Origin: Octopus bimaculoides
Taxonomy: Eukaryota
Assembly: GCF_001194135.2 (NCBI RefSeq)
Contig: NC_068988.1
Location: 2,744,690-2,808,689, forward strand
Length of the DNA stretch: 64,000 bases
Reading direction: 5' to 3'
The notes beneath the pieces were generated by a model. The model was not told the DNA's origin. It saw only the letters and a program-made list of their open reading frames with translations, and ran no database searches. The position numbers and the translations under genes are program-made. This document shows positions 24,454 to 36,320 of the stretch, piece by piece; position 1 is the stretch's first letter; every line of letters begins with the position of its first letter.

Positions 24454-24839
24454 GTGGAGGTGCAACTGCCCAGTGGTTGGGGCAGTGGACTTGCAGTTGT
24501 AGGATCGAGGTTTCAATTCCCAGACCGGACGTTGTGAGTGTTTATTGAGCAAAAACATCTAAATCTCCACAAGGCTCCGGCAGAAAGTGGTGGCAAACCC
24601 TGCTGTATTATTTCACTACAACTTTCTCTCACTCTTTCTTCCTGTTTCTGTTGTACCTGTATTTCAAAGGGTACCAACCTTGTCTCATTCTTCGTCATGG
24701 TAAATCTCCCAGGGAACTACGTTAAAGGTACATGTGTCTGTGGAGTGCTCAGCCACTTGCACGTTAATTTCGCAAGCAGGCTGTTCCATTGATCGGATCA
24801 ACTGGAACCCTCGTCGTTGTAACTGACAGAGTGCCCCAA
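24454..24839 (+). mobile_element. Full-length tRNA-SINE family C with 10-bp TSD
   Basis: A-box-like cagtggttggggc and B-box-like ggtttcaattcc; TSD tctaacttct at 24444-24453 and 24840-24849. Confidence 0.9.
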
Positions 24840-25108
24840 TCTAACTTCTATAATATGTTGGTATACCAGTAATTCATTCAGCCTTAAAATTGTACAAACT
24901 AAATTAAATTATAAAAATAAAAAAAATCTATGCTGTGTCACAGAAATAGTAATCTGAAGTAACAATTCATTGGTGATGGTCTTTATTTTCAGCTGGTAAG
25001 GTTGAAGCTATTGGTATAATTTGTCTTGTCTAATGCTTGCAAAACTTGAATTCATTACCCTCTGGTCTGTAGTCCAACATCTTAACCACTAAGCTCTTCT
25101 GTCTACCA

Positions 25109-25260
25109 CAGTGATTCCCAAAGTGGGCAGTACTGCCCCTGGTGGAGGCAGTGGAAAGATCTAGGGGGACTTTGAAGAAAAATGAGGTGATAATGGGATG
25201 ACCAAAACGGGGGCAATGGGATGATAAGGGGGTGACCAAAACGGAGGCAAGCCATGGTGT
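25109..25260 (+). mobile_element. hAT-type non-autonomous element, left end
   Basis: Starts CAGTGATTCCCAAAGTGGGC, resembling CAGTGGTTCCCAA hAT/Charlie termini; duplicated atgggatg..accaaaacgg inside. Confidence 0.55.
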
Positions 25261-25311
25261 GCTACAAATTCACAAATAATAAATTTAGTTATTGTAACTA
25301 CTGACATATCA

Positions 25312-25524
25312 TTCTTTGTTTTTTCTTTTATTCTTTCATTTGTTTCAGTAAGTTGACTGCGGCCATGCTGGAGCACCGCCTTTAGTTGCAAAATTCGACC
25401 CCAAACCTTATTCTTTGTAAGCCTAGTACTTATCCTATCGGTTTCTTTTGCCGAACTGCTAAGTTACGGGGACATAAACACACCAACATCGGTTGTCAAG
25501 CGATGTGGGGGGTGACAAACAGAG

Positions 25525-25555
<31 letters not shown>

Positions 25556-25694
25556 CCGTCTACCAAATCCACTCACAAGACTTTGGTCGGCCCAAGGCTA
25601 TAATAGGAGATACTTGCCCAAGGTGCCACGCAGTGGGACTGAACCCAAAACCATGTGGTCAGTAAGCAAGCTACTTACCACACAGCCATGCCTG
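25312..25694 (-). mobile_element. Full-length tRNA-SINE family A
   Basis: Reverse: caggcatggctgtgtggtaagtagcttgcttactgaccacatggttttgggttcagtcccactgcgtggcaccttgggcaagt...(TG)n...gcggtgctccagcatggccgcagtcaac..actgaaacaaa; A and B boxes recognisable. Confidence 0.92.
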
Positions 25695-25809
25695 TTACAA
25701 TGATTAATCACTTAAATACTGTGGAAATTTTTTTTTGTCATATAATCAAGTCAATTATTTAAATTTTAATGATCAGAAACAGTCATCAATAAGTAAAGAA
25801 CTTTATTGA

Positions 25810-26160
25810 CATTGCTGGCATCACATAAAAAAATCACCTGTGCTGACGTGATGTGAAAAGCTTTCGTGCCAGCACCATGTACAAAGCACCTGTGCCAATG
25901 CCACATGTAGAGCACCCATGCTGGCACCATGTAAGAACCATCCACGCCAGTGCCACATGAAAAGCATTGGTGCAGGTGCCACATACAAAAGCACCCAGTT
26001 CCCTTTATAAAGTGGTTGGCATTAGGAAGGGCATTCAGCTGTAGAAACAATGCCAATACAGATGTCTGGAGCTTGGTGCAACCCTCTGGCTGGGCAGCTC
26101 CTGTCAAACCAGCTGACCCATGCTAGCATTGAAAATGAATGTTAAATGATGAGGATGATG
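25810..26160 (+). mobile_element. Family D element with degenerate internal array of about 25-nt units
   Basis: Repeated gtgccagcaccatgtaaaagcacc-like units, then ttaggaagggcattcagctgtagaaac...gttaaatgatgaggatgatg. Confidence 0.8.
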
Positions 26161-28659
26161 GCGATGAGACAAGAAGAGGAAGACTTGACTATTAATTCTG
26201 TTTACTCTCACAGGGGGAGGTACTGAATTCACAGCACATACCAATGTAAACCTCATATTTTATGACGTTGCTGTAGTAAGATGTTTTCCCATGTCATAAT
26301 TACTTGTAATATGATAAAGTGTTCCATTCACAGATACAACATTTTGTCAATGATACAAACCTCCAACTTTGTGCCTGGTTGTTTAATATCTTATTATCTC
26401 TTTAGTTCAAATGAGTGATTATATAATTTGTCTCTCTGAAGTTGGTATGTCTACACTATAACTGAACAAAGCTATAAAATGACTGTTAGATAAAATTGGC
26501 AGTTCATATCCTGCCATTAGTACCGGTTGAATTCAACTAGCCATAAATTGCTATCACAGCATGACATGTTTTCTCATTGTATACTGGTTTCAGAAAAATA
26601 AAATTAATGAGTGTTTTATTCCTCAAACTCCTTAATTGTTCACTAATTAAGGTAGTAAATGAAATATTTATAATATCCTCGATAGATACCTTGCATCATG
26701 AAAAATAAATTAACTCAGCTTTCTCATAAGAGCAGGTAAAATTAAAATTCAACAAACTTGTATTGTATCAAAGAAAAGATTGGCCACCTACTTAACAGAA
26801 GATTAACTCTATCTGATGAGTTCCATCTTTTCTATTAATTAATACATGCTTTGTGGATTAAGTCACTGCAAAAAACTTAATTGGTTTTGTAGATTCTGTG
26901 GAGTGGTTTAATAATTAAGGTATGAAATACAATATTTACAAAACTACATGCATTTATTAACACCTGTACACATCTAAATGTGTGGTTTAATACTTTTCAA
27001 ATCCAAATCTTTGAAAATTTTCACTTCTCTCATGTGAAAATTTTCAAATCTGTAAAAATATACATATTAAAGAAGTTGCATTAATACTTCATCGATCATG
27101 TAAAGTTTGTGTAAAAGTTCTAACACAAAAAGTTTCCAATGAATTATGGAGAAAATTACTTTCTAACAAGCAAGCAGGATATAGCCTTAAGTTTAGGGCC
27201 ACCTAAGTAATTGTTAATTGAAAATAATGGTGATTGTTATCTAATGGAGGAATACGGAAGTAAGCTTCAGTCTATTTACAATAACTCACACTTTCCTAGC
27301 AGCCATATTTTCTGATTACACAAAACCAGCAGAAAATATGTATCTCGCCAATTTACAAGACATATTTGACATCTTTGCTTGTGAGTTCCTATCAAGGAAC
27401 TGGGTAGGTGGTAGTTTTCGATCAAATTCCTGTTTGGATAGGAAATTTGTAATAATTTGTTAAGAGATCCAAAGCTGAACAATTTGTGATATTCCCTTCA
27501 GCTGTTCACAGAGAAGAGACATTGTGGCTTAGTCTTTATTGATTGATGTTTGATATTATGTAACCTATATTTAGGTTGTACATTAGATATGATTTTCAAG
27601 TTCTGTGCAAGTAGAAAGTGAATAAGAGTCTTCATAGCTGAGAGAACAAATACCACATATCAAAATAAAAAGTGGAATACTTGAAGGTATGACCTCTTGG
27701 TTGGGCACAGGACCAGTCATGGAAGCAGTACCGTAACATCCCCAACAATATACTGCTGTTACCAATTTTATTTATTCCTGAGAAATGTAAAACATAAATT
27801 GATCACTGCGTGACTCGAACTTGAAAGCAAATGTTTAAAAAGTTTGTAATTTATAAACTGGCGACCATCTTACTTTCAGATGAAATAAAGATAAATGAAT
27901 TAACCAGCAGACAATTAATAATAAATAAATTTTTTGAAAAAATGATAGTGCTTGGGAAAATAAAATGCGATAGTATACATTATTGTCTTCAGAAAAAAAA
28001 AAATGATAAACTAACTTAATAAATATACACGTAAATAAATTTATAATAATAACAATAATAAATTGCACAATTGTAATATTTATATTTCTGAAGATGTCTA
28101 AAACATGAACCAAGAAAAAAAAAACCTGAAGGATATTTTAACAAATATAATATTATAGATAAAATGTCTGGTTGAATCTATTTTCCTTTTCTTTTTTTTT
28201 TTACTGTTTCAGTAAAATATTCGAAATAGATTTTTCAGATGTATTGTTGTTGAATGGTTGTGGGTAGACTAAAGAAGAGACACAAACACATTAAGTTTAG
28301 AAATTATTGCAATAACACTCACACGATTGCTTCTATAAGTAGAGGTCACATTTGTAAAGTCCATTTTGACGCTTAATTTTCGATTCACTAGTTTGTTAGT
28401 AACAGACATCTGTGTCAACATCATCATCATCACCATTGTCAACGTCATCGTCGTTGTTGTTGCCAAAGAATATGCACATATGGTGCTGGATGACAGTGAA
28501 TAACAGGTTTAACACAGGAGGGACAGTTGGAGGACAAACCATCACATGCAGTTTTGTAATCAATGTAGATCGCATTATATTATCGTGTGAAGGTGGAGAC
28601 TGGAGCCATTTCTCATAATCGGTTTCAAACATACAGAACTGGAAACTTCCTTGTAAGTT

Positions 28660-28830
28660 AACATGGTATCTGTCGCAGAATGAACCACTTTCAGCTGAGT
28701 GAACTGGAAAAATAGGAAATGCAGTGTTTTGTCCAAGAATGCAGTGTACTGACCGATCTTGGAATCAAGGTCACAATCTTGCAATAATGAGCGCAACACC
28801 CTAACTACTTGGCCACACATCTGTGTAATA
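28660..28830 (-). mobile_element. tRNA-SINE family C, degenerate 5' part
   Basis: ttcagctgagtgaactgga...gtgttttgtccaagaatgc...ccctaactacttggccaca. Confidence 0.6.
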
Positions 28831-29013
28831 TTGGTGAAAGGCAATGCACCACTGACCATTCTGTCGTTGATTCAGGAAGTATGCACATGGTCAGATGATA
28901 ATTAAAATGACCATTCTAGTAATTATCATAGAGTTAATTCTGAAATTCTAAAATGTCTTATTTCCAAAGATCTAAGCAAAAATGTCCATATTTTCATAAC
29001 AAGTACCATTGAT

Positions 29014-29200
29014 GTTGGCATGGCTGTGTGGTTAAGACAGTTGTTTTGCAACCTTGTAGATCTGGGTTTGATTCCACTGCATGATGCCTTGAGAAAATGG
29101 TCTTCTGTCATTGTCTCAGATTGATCAGCACTTGTGAGTAGAGTCAGGTGAATGGAAGCAATATGGAAGGCCATTGCATATGTGCATGTGTGTATGTATG
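29014..29200 (+). mobile_element. tRNA-SINE family A, degenerate 5' part
   Basis: ggcatggctgtgtggttaagacagttg...gggtttgattccactgcatgatgccttgaga. Confidence 0.65.
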
Positions 29201-29716
29201 TATGTATGTATGTATGCATGCATGAATGTATAGTTGGATAGATGGCTGGATGGATGGATGGATATATGTTGTTTTAATTTAGAGTTAATACTGTGGTCCA
29301 CCTGCTCAGTTGCAAGGTTGCAAAGGAAAGTATCTTGTTTTGCTCATCGTACTTTAAATCTTAAGAAAGTCTTGCAGACCTTTGTTGTTCCAGGTATCAT
29401 GATCATAAGTCATAATGGTCTATACTCAAGAACCCAAGTTCAGCCAAACTTTGCTCCAGACAGGTCGGTATGTGTCCAGTTGCTCCAATAATAATAGGTA
29501 TGAGGGTATCTTGGGTACTGCATTTGCAAACTCCTTGTGAATGGTCCATAGCCATTTTCCTTTCTTCTGTGTGTTTCTAGCCACATTGGTGTCCAAAAAA
29601 GCAACTGATTTCCACAAGAGAGAGAAAGCACACCATTTTCTTTTTGTCCCATACAACATTTTTTGGCTGTTTTTGTTTTAAGTTGGAGGCTGTTTTAAGT
29701 TCCACCAATATGTATG

Positions 29717-29750
<34 letters not shown>

Positions 29751-29851
29751 TGTATGTATGTATGTGTATGTGTGTGTGTGCGTGTGCGTGTGGTGTAGGT
29801 GTGGGTTGTGGGGGGTTGTATGTATCTGTGTTTGTGTATTTCTGTATGTAT

Positions 29852-30125
29852 ATCATCATCATCATCGTTTAACGTCTGTTTTCCATGCTGGCATGGGTTG
29901 GACAGTTCGACCGGGGTCTGGGAAGCCAGGAGGCTGCACCAGGCCCCAATCTCATCTAACAGTGTTTCTACAGCTGGATGCCCTTCCTAACACCAACCAC
30001 TCCGAGAGTGTAGTGGGTGCTTTTTACATGCCACCAACACAGGAGACAGAGGATCTGGCATCGACCACGATTGGATGGTGCTTTTTTATGTGCCACCGGC
30101 ATGGAAGCTAGTCAAGGTGGCACTT
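29852..30125 (-). mobile_element. Family D element
   Basis: catcatcatcgtttaacgtctgttttccatgctggcatgggttggac...ctacagctggatgcccttcctaacaccaaccac...gtagtgggtgctttttacatgccacc. Confidence 0.9.
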
Positions 30126-30140
30126 ATATATATATATATC

Positions 30141-30200
<60 letters not shown>

Positions 30201-30725
30201 TGTACGTGTGTATGTTTGTGTGTATGTATGTATATCCTGTGTATTTGTTTGTTGTGTATCTTTTATGTGTTTACTGAAACACTGCTGTTCATGTTTATAT
30301 TATGAAGCTTATCAATTCATAAGATTGAAGATCAATAACGATATGCATCTGGGGTTGATAAGATTGAAATAAACCCTTCAAGGTTGTGCTCCAGTATGAC
30401 CAAAGTCCAATAACGGAAGGTAATAAAAGAATGAAAAAAATAATTATTGATTAAATGGATAATTTTGTATTTTCATTTTAAATATATCTTTCTTTGCAGA
30501 GGTTTTCCTAATAAATTGTTGCATAAAAATAATATCTTCATTAATCTTATTTTTTAATATCTTTTAATTTTCTATTATTTTTTTTAAATATCCAATATCA
30601 TTGTTCCATCCAATTATTGTTCTCACTGCACTGTATCATATTATAACCTAATATATCATTGCTGTTGAAACAGATATGAAAAAAACACAGGATAAATAGT
30701 GTTATCAATATTGAAAGGCTGTGGA

Positions 30726-31405
30726 AGGCAGCGAGCTGGCAGAATCATTAGCATGCCGGGTGAAATGCTTAGCGGTATTTTGTCTGTCTTTATGTTCTGA
30801 GTTCAAATTCCACCAAGGTCGACTTTTACTTTCATCCTTTCGGGGATTGATAAATTAAGTACCAGTGGTATACTGGGGTTGATCTAATCGACTGGCTCCT
30901 CCCACAAAATTCCAGGCCTTGTGCCTAGAGTAGAAAAGATCATTTAAAGGCTGGTAAGCTGGCCGAGTCGTTAGCACACTGGGTGAAATGCTTCACGATA
31001 TTTTGTCTGTCTTCATGTTCTAAGTTCAAATTCTGCCATGGTTGACTTTGCTTTTCATCCTTTTGGGGTCGATAAATTAAGTACCAGTTGCATACTGGGG
31101 TCTATTCAATCGACTGCCCCCCCCTCCTCCCCAAAAATTTCGGGCCTTGTGCTTAGAGTAGAAAAGAATATTGTTAAGGCTGTAGAAGGCAGTGAGCTGG
31201 CAGAAGCATTATCATACTGGGCAAAATGGTTAGCGTCATTTCATCTGTCTTTATGTACTGAGTTCAAATTCCACGAAGGTCAACTTTGTCTTTCATCCTT
31301 TTGAGGGTCGATAAAATAAGTACCAGTTATGTACTGGGGTCAATGTTATTGGCTTGCTTCCTCCCCTAAACCTGCTGGCCTTGTACCAAAATTTGAAACC
31401 ATCAT
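30726..31405 (+). mobile_element. Three tandem full-length family B SINEs
   Basis: Units near 30726-30940, 30948-31170 and 31187-31405, each g.gagctggc.ga.tc.ttagc...gagttcaaatt...gataaa.taagtaccag...ccttgt.c. Confidence 0.92.
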
Positions 31406-31714
31406 TGTAAGGCTGTGGATTGGCAAAAACAATAGAGGAATGAACAAAATGGTTTTTGGTTAGTTATTTACATTCCAAGATCAAACCCTGTTTCAGTCAT
31501 CTTCCCTTTTCATCCCTCTAGGAGTGACAGAAGAAATTTCCAATCAAATACTAGGCTTGATTACTTTGACAATACCTAGAACCAAGAATTAAGGCTTTAG
31601 GTCCCAAATTTAAAAATCAGTTATATCATGGTACTGAAATGGTAATGCCTGGCACTAAATTGCTCAGATTATTTAATATCAACATGGAGATATGACATTG
31701 CATTGTTGACAATT

Positions 31715-32015
31715 ACAGGGTTCAAATTGATCCGATCAATGGAACAGCCTGCTTGTGAAGTTAACATGCAGTTGGCTGAACAGTCCACAGACAATCATAT
31801 TCTTAATGCAGTTCTTAGGGAGACTCAGCATGACACAGAATGTGACAAGGCTGGCCCCTTTGAATTACAGGTACAACTCATTTTTGCCAGATGAGTGGAC
31901 TGGAGCAACGTGAAATAAAGTGTCTTGCTCAAGGACACAATGAGCTGCCAGGAATTGAACTCACAACCTGACATCTGTCAGCTGAATACACTTACCACTA
32001 AGCCACGTGCCTTCA
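31715..32015 (-). mobile_element. tRNA-SINE family C
   Basis: Same sequence as 20620-20930 and 24454-24839. Confidence 0.9.
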
Positions 32016-32199
32016 CATGGAGGTAGAGTGGAAGAATCAGTGTTGTGTTAGACAAAATACTCAACATCATCCAATTATGACACTAATTCTCTGAATTTTA
32101 CCAAGGTGGACTTTGTCTATCCTCATTCCAGGTTATTTAAAGTAAAGAACCAGTCAAGCACTGCAATCAACATAACTGCCTTTATGTCTTTCTGCTATG

Positions 32200-32410
32200 G
32201 ATAGCAAGATGGCACAATTGCCAGCATCCCAGGCAATTTCATCCATCCTTACTTTCTGAGTTCAAATTCTACCATGGTTGACTTTGCTTTCGGGGTCGAT
32301 AAAATTCGTGCCAAATGAACACTGGTGGTGGTGGGAGGCCAATGTAATCAACTTAACTCCGTTCCTTAAATTGCTGGGCTTGTGCCAAAATTTGGAACTA
32401 ATTTTCTATT
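32200..32410 (+). mobile_element. tRNA-SINE family B, degenerate
   Basis: ttctgagttcaaattctaccatggttgactttgctttcggggtcgataaaatt...ttgtgccaaaatttggaac. Confidence 0.7.
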
Positions 32411-32999
32411 ATGGCTTCACCAAATTGTTGGTCTTGTGCCTATGTTACTATTTACTATCGACTTCCTCTGTTCAGAGTTCAGATCTAAATTGGAATATTA
32501 AGGCATCAAAGGATTTTCCAGTGGGATAATCATTATTGAAATCCATTCTTCAATCTTACCATTTCCCACATTGTTACTCTCTATCACCCCCCCCTTCTCC
32601 CGATCACTCTGTTTCTATGATCTCACTCCTGTTCCTTTTACTCACTCATCCTCATTCTTCTGTCATCACTCTCTCTACTACTCACATCCATGATCATATT
32701 GCCTTGAGTGAAGTGAGGACTCATCAGTTTATGGAGTAGAAAACAGCTTCACTCATGCTGGTGCCATGATAAAATATACCCAATACAATCGGCAAAGGGG
32801 TTGGTCATAATGAAATGCCCCGACACACCTTGTAAAGAGGTTATTTGCTAGGAAGAACACACAGCTAGAGAAACCAAGTCTAAGATGAATAAGATATATT
32901 CTAATCCCATCAATCTTATAATTATTATTGCGTTGTCACTGTTATTATGATGATAATTTCAAACTGAATTATTTAGTGTTATTGATGTTATAGATGCTA

Positions 33000-33205
33000 A
33001 AGGCAGTGAGCAGCTTGGATTATTAACACACCAAGCAAAATGCTTAGTGGCATTTCTTCCATCCTTACATTTTCATTTCAAATTCCACCGAGGTCAACCC
33101 TCATCCTTTCAGGGCTGATAAAATGAGTACCAGTTACGTACTGGTGTCAATGTAATCGACTTACCCCTCCCCCAATCTTGCTGACCTTGTGCCAAAACTT
33201 GAAAT
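33000..33205 (+). mobile_element. tRNA-SINE family B ending in an (ATT)n tail
   Basis: aggcagtgagcagc...aaaatgcttagtggcattt...gataaaatgagtaccag...ccttgtgccaaaacttgaaatc(att)n. Confidence 0.85.
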
Positions 33206-33221
33206 CATTATTATTATTATT

Positions 33222-33870
33222 GTTCCTTCGTAACACAGTGTAGGTAAAAATGCACAGGAGTCTTTAGTCATCTGTCAAGTCACAACAAGGACTTCAGACA
33301 GATAATAGTTTCCTTAAGATGTGTGATGTGCCCAATAAAACTGCTTTTTACAAGACATCAATCTTACATGGGATTTCCAGTTGCCTTAAGAAGTCTTGAA
33401 GTTTCAATGGGATTGAGCCCAACACTCCGGTCACCACTGGTATCACTTTTACATTACCCTCTCGCATTCCATACAGTCTTGCCATTTCCACTTTCAATTC
33501 GGAGTACTTGGCGATTTTTTCAACCTCTTTACTCATAACATTCATGTCATTTGCTATATCTAAATCAATGATCTGACAGTATTTGTCTCTCTTATTCAAT
33601 ATGACAATATCCGGACGACGGTGTTCAATTACACAATCCACTTGAAAATCCTAGTCCCAGACTATCGTTATTTTTCCATCCTCCTGCATAACTTTACTTG
33701 GAACATACTCATACCAGTTCTCTGTTACTTCATATTGGTATTTACGGCATAAGAGCCAATGAAGATACACACACACTTTATCGTGGCGGCACTTGTATTC
33801 TTTTTTGTAAGGCTCTCACTTCCACTTCCCAAGTGAGTCACATTTTCCACACTCTTTCCACAGAGTCTGC

Positions 33871-33873
<3 letters not shown>
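33222..33873 (-). mobile_element. R4/Dong-like non-LTR element: CCHC and restriction-like endonuclease C-terminus plus 3' UTR, flanked by (TAA)n on both sides
   Basis: KCRLCGKSVENVTHLGSG...EYKCRHDKVC.YLHW.LC; DCVIEHRRPDIVILNKRDKYCQIIDLDIAND...KEVEKIAKYSELK...VIPVVTGVLG (PD...D...EK RLE motif). Confidence 0.9.
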
Positions 33874-33913
<40 letters not shown>

Positions 33914-34636
33914 GTTAAAGTGAGGAAGCTAGTAAACGTATTCCAGTTCTCCATAATGGACTAACATGAGGTTGAGAGGCAGAAGTTCCTCTGAGCTGAA
34001 GAATTTCATTGGTTCTTAAGAGAGTGGCTAGTCTTTGGGATGCAGTGATTGCTTTGTTATCTATGCTGCATCAGCAGAAAGAACCATCAGAAAATGTTAG
34101 GTGTTGCTTTTGTTTCTGATTTCAGAAATTGAAGTCCAAAACTATGCTTCTGTTCTGCTGAAAGAGTCTGTATTCACAAAACACCAATGGAAAATGGCTT
34201 TGATGAATGACCTCTGGTGTAGTTCTTTTAAGAATAACGGAAGGGACAATACGAAATTCAACTGAATTTACAAGGAGTGCTTAATACTTTTGGGTTGTAA
34301 GTATATGCTGTGATGAGACAGTGTGTTGGAGCAGCAATACTTGTGAGAAAAAAAAAAAACCTGATAAACATATAGAAATTATTTTTAGTTCAGTTACAAA
34401 GATAATAACATACTAACACAATATGAAATTTAAAACTTCAGTTTAGCAAAGTGTATATTTGTTTAAACCAAACATATTTTTGCTTCCAGAAAAATGTGAA
34501 AAATATATCAACGTAAGGATCCTTTATTTAGCTTTCTAGCAGTAATTGCTTAATGAGATTTATCATGCATCTCCAAAAATGTAAAGTCAAGACCTTGTAC
34601 ATGTCACTTATGTGTTTGTTAGACAACAACACTCTA

Positions 34637-34837
34637 CGTTTTATATTTAAGAGATGAGGAATTATGTACATTATTTACATTATTTACATTGATGGATATT
34701 TGTCCTCATCTTGTTTGTTGTTAAGACAACGTTTCGACTGATATACCCTCCAGCCTTCATCAGGTGTCTTGAGGAAATTTCAAACCTGGGTTCTCATTCC
34801 TAAGGTATTTTTCCATGTTATTATCATCATCATCATC

Positions 34838-34894
<57 letters not shown>

Positions 34895-34962
34895 ATCATT
34901 GTGTAGTGGTTAAGAGTGCGGGCTACTAACCCCAAGATTCCAAGTTCAATTCCAGGCAGTGA

Positions 34963-34993
<31 letters not shown>

Positions 34994-35037
34994 GATAATA
35001 ATAATAATAATAATGATAATAATAATAATAATAATAA
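34637..35037. mobile_element. Hammerhead-SINE locus 1: minus-strand tail, ribozyme and (TAA)n joined head-to-head to a plus-strand tRNA-like head plus (TAA)n
   Basis: 34637-34899 matches 37671-37950 in the same (minus) orientation; 34900-34968 gtgtagtggttaagagtgcgggctactaaccccaagattccaagttcaattccaggcagtgacctgaa. Confidence 0.85.
34723..34770 (-). ncRNA. Minimal type-I hammerhead ribozyme motif, intact core
   Basis: Reverse: aagacac-CTGATGA-a-ggctg-gagggtatat-cagtc-GAAAC-GTT-gtctt; stem II 5 bp with one GU; palindromic AACGTT in place of helix III. Confidence 0.75.
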
Positions 35038-35089
35038 TGGAATGCTCCATTAAGGAATTCTCTGTGACCCAAGCAATCATAGATGTAAA

Positions 35090-35460
35090 GACAATGATGA
35101 CGACGACACGGACAATGAAGATGATGAGAATGATTGAGATGGTGATGGTGATGATGATGACGATGACAAAAATGATGTTGGTACCGACAATGCTGCTGAT
35201 GATGATGATGACGATGACAATGTTGATGACAACGAAAATGATGATGATGATGGGGTCAATGACAATGACGATGATGATGACAGTGATGGCGATGACAACA
35301 ACGATGATGACAATGACAACGATGATGATGATTATGTTGAAGCTGATGATGATGATAATAATGATGATAACGATGATGATGACGATGATGATGATGATGA
35401 TGACGACGATGACAGTAATGACAATGACAACAACAAGAACAACAAAGATGAAGATGATAC
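35090..35460. repeat. Imperfect (GAT/GAC/CAA)n microsatellite
   Basis: Direct reading. Confidence 0.95.
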
Positions 35461-35482
35461 TGTGTGGGTGTATTAGTATCTT

Positions 35483-35766
35483 ATTTACTAAATTTACACT
35501 GGACAGATGTGTGTCCTCATCTTGTTTCTTGTTACCACAATGTTTCAGCTAATCTACTCTCCAGCCTTCATTGGCCTGGTAGAATTTTGAACCCAACCCT
35601 GGATTCTCATTCCTAAGGTATATTTTTGTTGATGTTATTCTTCTTCTTCTTCTTCTTCTTCTACTTCTTCTTATTATTTATTCAAGACACTGCCTGGGAT
35701 CGAACTTGGAATCTTGGGGTTAGTAGTCCATGCTCTTAACCATTATGCTATATGCCCGTGAGCATA
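35483..35766 (-). mobile_element. Hammerhead-SINE locus 2: full monomer with perfect 12-bp TSD; ribozyme core decayed
   Basis: TSD tattagtatctt at 35471-35482 and 35767-35778; tRNA-like head, (GAA/TAA)n, tail; core reads ccaatga...tgaaacatt. Confidence 0.85.
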
Positions 35767-36059
35767 TATTAGTATCTTGTTAAAAACTATGAAGGTGACA
35801 CCAATGTACAAAATAACATACACTCGCATGCACTAAGAGGTCCTTTTCCTCATGGCTAAGAGCAGTTGATGGTGATTTCAGAGTTCTATGAACTCTCATA
35901 TAAACCGCAGAAAGTACAAAACTGCAGCTTATTAGTTGCACCATGCTGCTTAGAACCTGATGCACAGATCTCACACACTTCCTTCAGCAAAACTGCAAAA
36001 CTATATTTAGTGATGAAATACTAGAATGCTTTGCTATACCAAATTTACATACAACTCAG

Positions 36060-36133
36060 GCACAGAAACACACATGCACACACACACATACACAAATATG
36101 CACACACACACACACACATACACATACACAAAT

Positions 36134-36176
<43 letters not shown>

Positions 36177-36320
36177 TACTCATACACACGTACAACACAC
36201 ACCTACAATACACACATATGCACACACACACCCATACTCACACACATTAACATACACACATACAACACACACTTACATAGACATGCACACACACATACAT
36301 ACATACATACACGCACACAT
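36060..36320. repeat. Imperfect (CA)n microsatellite
   Basis: Direct reading. Confidence 0.95.

Noticed and set aside
34900-34968. tRNA genes (this head and the SINE A/B/C heads)
   Set aside because: The acceptor and T stems pair poorly and the sequences are embedded in repeats; they are tRNA-derived SINE heads, not functional tRNAs.
34992-35552. 186-aa Met/Thr-rich ORF and similar poly-I, poly-L, poly-Y, poly-V and RK-rich ORFs (37.8-38.3, 39.6-40.7, 53.3 kb)
   Set aside because: They are translations of trinucleotide microsatellites with no coding-like complexity.
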